DNA of 64,000 nucleotides from an uncultured Acidobacteriota bacterium (GTDB lineage Bacteria > Acidobacteriota > Polarisedimenticolia > J045): the NCBI GenBank assembly GCA_963702425.1, contig CAVPCQ010000006.1, forward strand, positions 320,001-384,000, given 5' to 3'. This document shows positions 60,450 to 64,000 of this stretch, in pieces; position 1 is the first letter of the stretch; each line of letters begins with the position of its first letter. The notes beneath the pieces are model-generated. The model did no database searches and was not told where the DNA came from. It was given only the letters and a program-made list of their open reading frames with translations. Made by a program: the position numbers and the translations under genes.

Positions 60450-61387
60450 ACCAGGACAGTGCCACGCACAAGGTCGTCATCATCGGCTCCGGCCCCGCGG
60501 GGTTGACCGCGGCGCTCTACGCCTCGCGGGCCAACCTCGCCCCCCTGGTCTTCGAGGGGATCCAGCCCGGGGGCCAGCTGATGATCACGACCGACGTCGA
60601 GAACTACCCCGGGTTCCCGGAGGGGATCATGGGGCCGGAGCTGATGGAGAAGTTCCGGGCCCAGGCGGCACGCTTCGGCGGGCAGCTGTTCCCGAACCGC
60701 GTGACGGCGGTCGACCTGGCGTCGCGCCCGTTCGGGCTGACGATCGACGACGGGCGCACGGTCACGGCGAAGACCGTCATCATCGCGACCGGTGCGACGG
60801 CCAAGAAGCTCGGCATTCCGTCGGAGTCGCGGCTGCTCGGCCACGGCGTCTCGATGTGCGCGACCTGCGACGGGTTCTTCTTCCGCGACCAGGAGATCTT
60901 CGTCGTCGGCGGCGGAGACACCGCGATGGAGGAGGCGCTCTTCCTGACGCGTTTCGGCAGCCGCGTGACGGTGGTCCACCGGCGCGACAAGCTGCGCGCC
61001 TCGCAGGCGATGCAGCAGCGCGCGCTCGAGCACCCCAAGATCCGCTTCTTCTGGAACTCGGCGGTGGCGGAGGTGCTCGGCGACGACCACGTCACCGGGG
61101 TCCGGATCGAGAACCTCAAGACGGGCGCGATCGAGGACCACCTCGCGGGCGCGGTCTTCGTGGCGATCGGCCACCACCCCAACAGCGAGCTCTTCGCCGG
61201 CCGGCTGGCGATGAACGAGAACGGCTACCTGGTCACGAAACCCGGCACGACCTCGACGGAGATCGAGGGGGTCTTCGCCTGCGGCGACGTCCAGGACTGG
61301 GTCTACCGCCAGGCGGTGACCGCCGCGGGCACGGGGTGCATGGCGGCGATCGAAGCGGAGCGCTGGCTGGAGGCGAGCGGTCTGTAG
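60446..61387 (+). CDS. trxB: Thioredoxin reductase
   Basis: [50 protein letters not shown]. Confidence 0.97.
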   Translation: MNQDSATHKVVIIGSGPAGLTAALYASRANLAPLVFEGIQPGGQLMITTDVENYPGFPEGIMGPELMEKFRAQAARFGGQLFPNRVTAVDLASRPFGLTIDDGRTVTAKTVIIATGATAKKLGIPSESRLLGHGVSMCATCDGFFFRDQEIFVVGGGDTAMEEALFLTRFGSRVTVVHRRDKLRASQAMQQRALEHPKIRFFWNSAVAEVLGDDHVTGVRIENLKTGAIEDHLAGAVFVAIGHHPNSELFAGRLAMNENGYLVTKPGTTSTEIEGVFACGDVQDWVYRQAVTAAGTGCMAAIEAERWLEASGL

Positions 61388-61418
61388 GTGGTGCGGGGGG
61401 CGCGAGAGCGCGCGGGGG

Positions 61419-61499
61419 GCGCGGGAGCCGCGAGGGGCCCCCTGGCGAGTGGGTCGCAGGCTCCAACACTCGCCAGGGGGCCCCTCGCGGCTCCCGCGC
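61419..61499. repeat. Perfect 33-bp inverted repeat with 15-nt loop GGTCGCAGGCTCCAA
   Basis: Arms 61419-61451 and 61467-61499 are exact reverse complements. Confidence 0.93.
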
Positions 61500-61520
61500 G
61501 GCGCACCGCCACTGAAAAAA

Positions 61521-61652
61521 TGGGAGAGAAGTCTGTACAGCGACCGGGACGCGTTCGGTCGGTGTGGGAGAGAAGCCTGTACGGCGACCGGGACGCGTTC
61601 GGTCGGTGTGGGAGAGAAGCCTGTACGGCGACCGGGACGCGTTCGGTCGGTG
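61521..61652. repeat. Tandem array of 3 x 44 bp, each with an internal hairpin
   Basis: TGGGAGAGAAG(T/C)CTGTAC(A/G)GCGACCGGGACGCGTTCGGTCGGTG at 61521, 61565 and 61609; no spacers. Confidence 0.95.
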
Positions 61653-61691
61653 TAAAGATTCTTCTTTTTCTCTTTTTCCGGGAGCGGGATT

Positions 61692-61786
61692 GGCGGCCGG
61701 CTGCGGGCGGGGAATGTCCCCCCGGCGAGTGTTGGAGCCTGCGACCCACTCGCCGGGGGGACATTCCCCGCCCGCGGCCGGCCGCC
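61692..61786. repeat. 40-bp inverted repeat (one T-G wobble) with the same 15-nt loop in opposite orientation
   Basis: Arms 61692-61731 and 61747-61786; loop TTGGAGCCTGCGACC. Confidence 0.93.
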
Positions 61787-62965
61787 CTAGCGCGCCCCCC
61801 TCGCCGTTCCGAACCACGCCGACGGGTCCTCGGGCCTGCCGTCGACGCGCACCTCCAGGTACAAGTACGGCCCGCGCACGGAACCGGTGTCGCCGACGCG
61901 GCCGAGGCTCTCGCCCTGCGCGATCGGGTCGCCGGCCTGCACGATCGCGGCCGAAAGGTGGCCGTAGACCGTGTGCACCGCGCTGCCGTGGTCGAGCACC
62001 ACGACGAGGCCGTAGCCCTTCAGCCAGCCGCTCCACGCGACGCGCGCGTCGAACGGTGCGCGGACCACGGCCCCGAACGGCGCCGCGAGGTCCCAGCCCG
62101 GGTGCGGCAGGCGCGTGCCGAAGCGCGGATCGACCCGGTCGCCGAACGGCTCGTCGATCGTCCCTTCCTCGACCGGCAGGCGGAACACCCCTCTGAATCG
62201 CCGGGCGTCGAGGCGCACGGGGTCGGCGTCGGGAACGCCGGCGAGCACCGACTCCAGGCTGCCGCGCGCGCGCTCCAGCTCGACGACCGCCTGCTCGCGC
62301 ACCGCCGTCTGCTGCCGCATGTCGGCCAGCAGGTCCTGGCGCGCGCGGATCGACTGGTCGAGCGCGGCCCGCGCGGCGAGCGCGTCGTCCTGCAGCCGCG
62401 CGACCTCCGCCTGGCGGGTCCGCTGTTCGGCCTCGAGCGCCGCGAGTCGGGCCTCGCTGTCCCGGATCGCGCCGACCTCGCCCTTGTAGCGCCAGGCCAG
62501 CTCGTGCGTGCTACGCAGGCCGGCGCCCAGGGACTGGGTGTCGGCCGCCCCGAGCACCGGCTTGAGCCGGCCGAGCGGCCCCGCCTGCTGGAGCAGCCGC
62601 GCGATCGTCGACAGCCGGACCCGTCCCGCGTCCAGCCGCTCCTGCGCCGCGGCGCGTTCTGCCGCCGTCGCGGCCAGCGCCGACTCGGCCTGCGTCCGCT
62701 CCAGCGTCAGCTCCTCGATCCGCGCGTCCTGGAAGCGCGCCTCCGCGGCCAGCGCGTCGAGCCGCGCCAGCACGCCCGCCGAGTCCTTGTCGAGGCGCTC
62801 CCGCTCCGCCGACAGCCGGGCGACTTCCTCGCGCACCCGCTGCAGCTGGCGCTCGGGGTTCTCGTCGACCGGCCCGGGCCCGGGGCCGGCGCCGAACGCG
62901 GCGGCGACTGCCGCCGCGAGCACGAGGGCCGCGGCGGGCAGGCGACGCGCAGGGCCCGCTACCAG
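61787..62965 (-). CDS. EnvC-like murein hydrolase activator (coiled coil + M23 domain); start uncertain
   Basis: Signal peptide, long coiled coil, HPGWDL, GYGLVVVLDHG..TVYGHL, VGDTG..GPYLYLEVR (HxH degenerate, as in EnvC). Confidence 0.82.
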   Translation of the reverse strand: MVAGPARRLPAAALVLAAAVAAAFGAGPGPGPVDENPERQLQRVREEVARLSAERERLDKDSAGVLARLDALAAEARFQDARIEELTLERTQAESALAATAAERAAAQERLDAGRVRLSTIARLLQQAGPLGRLKPVLGAADTQSLGAGLRSTHELAWRYKGEVGAIRDSEARLAALEAEQRTRQAEVARLQDDALAARAALDQSIRARQDLLADMRQQTAVREQAVVELERARGSLESVLAGVPDADPVRLDARRFRGVFRLPVEEGTIDEPFGDRVDPRFGTRLPHPGWDLAAPFGAVVRAPFDARVAWSGWLKGYGLVVVLDHGSAVHTVYGHLSAAIVQAGDPIAQGESLGRVGDTGSVRGPYLYLEVRVDGRPEDPSAWFGTARGAR

Positions 62966-64000
62966 ATCACCCTCCCGTCGAGCTCGGCGTCGGGCTTGAG
63001 GTCGAGCGTGCCGAGAATCGACGGTGCGACGTCGATGATCCGGGGGTCGTTGACCTTGAGCTTGCGGTTCACGATCAGGATCCCGGGCACGAAGCTGGGC
63101 TCGAGCGAGCAGTGGTCGCCGGACCAGACGCGGTCGTTGTTCTCGAACACATCGGTCGCCAACCCTCCCAGCGTATCCTGCCACGAGACGCGGTAGTTGA
63201 GCCGGTTGGAGGGCCTGAGGTCGGGGATCTTGTTCGGGTCGTAGCCCTTGTAGAGCTCGTCGCGCCGGTAGACCCTGTAGACTGGCTTCTCGCCGGTCAC
63301 CGGGTCGATCTCGTTCTGCAGCCCTTCCTGCAGCGCCTTGACGACCTCCTCGTACTCCTGGCCGGGCATCACGATCCCCTGCGGCTCGCGGCCGACGAGG
63401 TTGATGTAGAGCGAGCCGAGGCCCATCGCCCAGGCCTTGGTGCGGCTCCAGTCGATGCCCGAGAAGACGTCGACGCCGGAGACGTCCTTGTCGAAGAGCT
63501 GTTCGAGGCTGCGGCTGCGAGGCTGCCCCTTCAGCGCCAGGTAGCCGTTCTTGTAGAGCCAGGTGTTGTAGTTGATCTGGCGCCGGAAGGACGAGAAGCC
63601 GTGGTCGGACAGGACGATGAACAGTGCGTCCTCGCCGGCCAGCTCGTGCGCGCGGCCGATCAGCTCGTCCATCCGCCGGTAGGTGGCCTCCATCGCCGCG
63701 CGGTACTTGGCGGCCAGCTCCGGCTTGTACATCGGGTGCCCCTCGTCCAGCTCGTGCCACAGCATGTGCCCGGCGCGGTCGGGGAAGTCGAAGATCTGGA
63801 CCAGGACGTCGGCGTCCTGCTGCGCGAACGAGGCCTCGAGGATCTTCGTCGAAGCGTCGACGGTGAACCACATGTCCTCGAGGAACAGGTCGATCCCGCC
63901 AACTCCCGAGGGATAAGACCAGGTGTCGATCGTCCAGCCGATCGTCTTGAACAGGCCGATGTCGCCGGACAGCTTCTTCGCCCAGTCCGGCGGCCAGGAA
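62959..64000 (-). CDS. Alkaline phosphatase superfamily / type I phosphodiesterase-nucleotide pyrophosphatase; 5' end outside the window
   Basis: PDRAGHMLW, LSDHGF, IDWSRTKAW, YINL.GREPQG, WSGDH, IIDVAPSIL; frame open to the window end. Confidence 0.85.
   Translation of the reverse strand, partial: SWPPDWAKKLSGDIGLFKTIGWTIDTWSYPSGVGGIDLFLEDMWFTVDASTKILEASFAQQDADVLVQIFDFPDRAGHMLWHELDEGHPMYKPELAAKYRAAMEATYRRMDELIGRAHELAGEDALFIVLSDHGFSSFRRQINYNTWLYKNGYLALKGQPRSRSLEQLFDKDVSGVDVFSGIDWSRTKAWAMGLGSLYINLVGREPQGIVMPGQEYEEVVKALQEGLQNEIDPVTGEKPVYRVYRRDELYKGYDPNKIPDLRPSNRLNYRVSWQDTLGGLATDVFENNDRVWSGDHCSLEPSFVPGILIVNRKLKVNDPRIIDVAPSILGTLDLKPDAELDGRVIW

Noticed and set aside
61521-61652. CRISPR array
   Set aside because: The 44-bp units are head-to-tail with no unique spacers, and there are no cas genes in the window

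Overview
Very GC-rich bacterial chromosomal window from a diderm (Omp85 gene, Tat/Sec/lipoprotein signals). The gene content is most consistent with Acidobacteriota or a similar lineage, but this is inference. It holds about 55 genes, including housekeeping loci (tatD, tRNA-fMet, ftsB, eno, cutA, rho, probable rpoZ, pepA, recG, trxB, EnvC-like). Several genes carry indel frameshifts that look like long-read consensus errors. Main points of interest: (1) an FHA-GAF sigma54 enhancer-binding protein divergent from two phased GGAAG-N4-CTTCC palindromes and a -24/-12 promoter that appears to drive a ~125-nt G-rich structured non-coding RNA rather than a protein; (2) four TMTC-like GT-C/TPR glycosyltransferase genes in the first 22 kb, two of them flanking a secreted hydrolase-FN3 protein with an unrecognised Cys-ending C-terminal domain; (3) a ~400-bp composite intergenic element after trxB, made of two inverted 33/40-bp hairpins with an identical loop around a 3x44-bp tandem array; (4) a duplicated, diverged mscS-sortase-tRNA-fMet region with alternative cargo (exported rubrerythrin versus an arylsulfatase islet with a recombinase-like remnant), which is either two strain haplotypes joined in the assembly or a real duplication; (5) a CarH-like B12 photoreceptor divergent from a hexaheme cytochrome c, a lipoprotein class-D sortase, and an S8 protease with dockerin-like and cohesin-like domains. 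All calls come from manual motif reading; no database searches were run.
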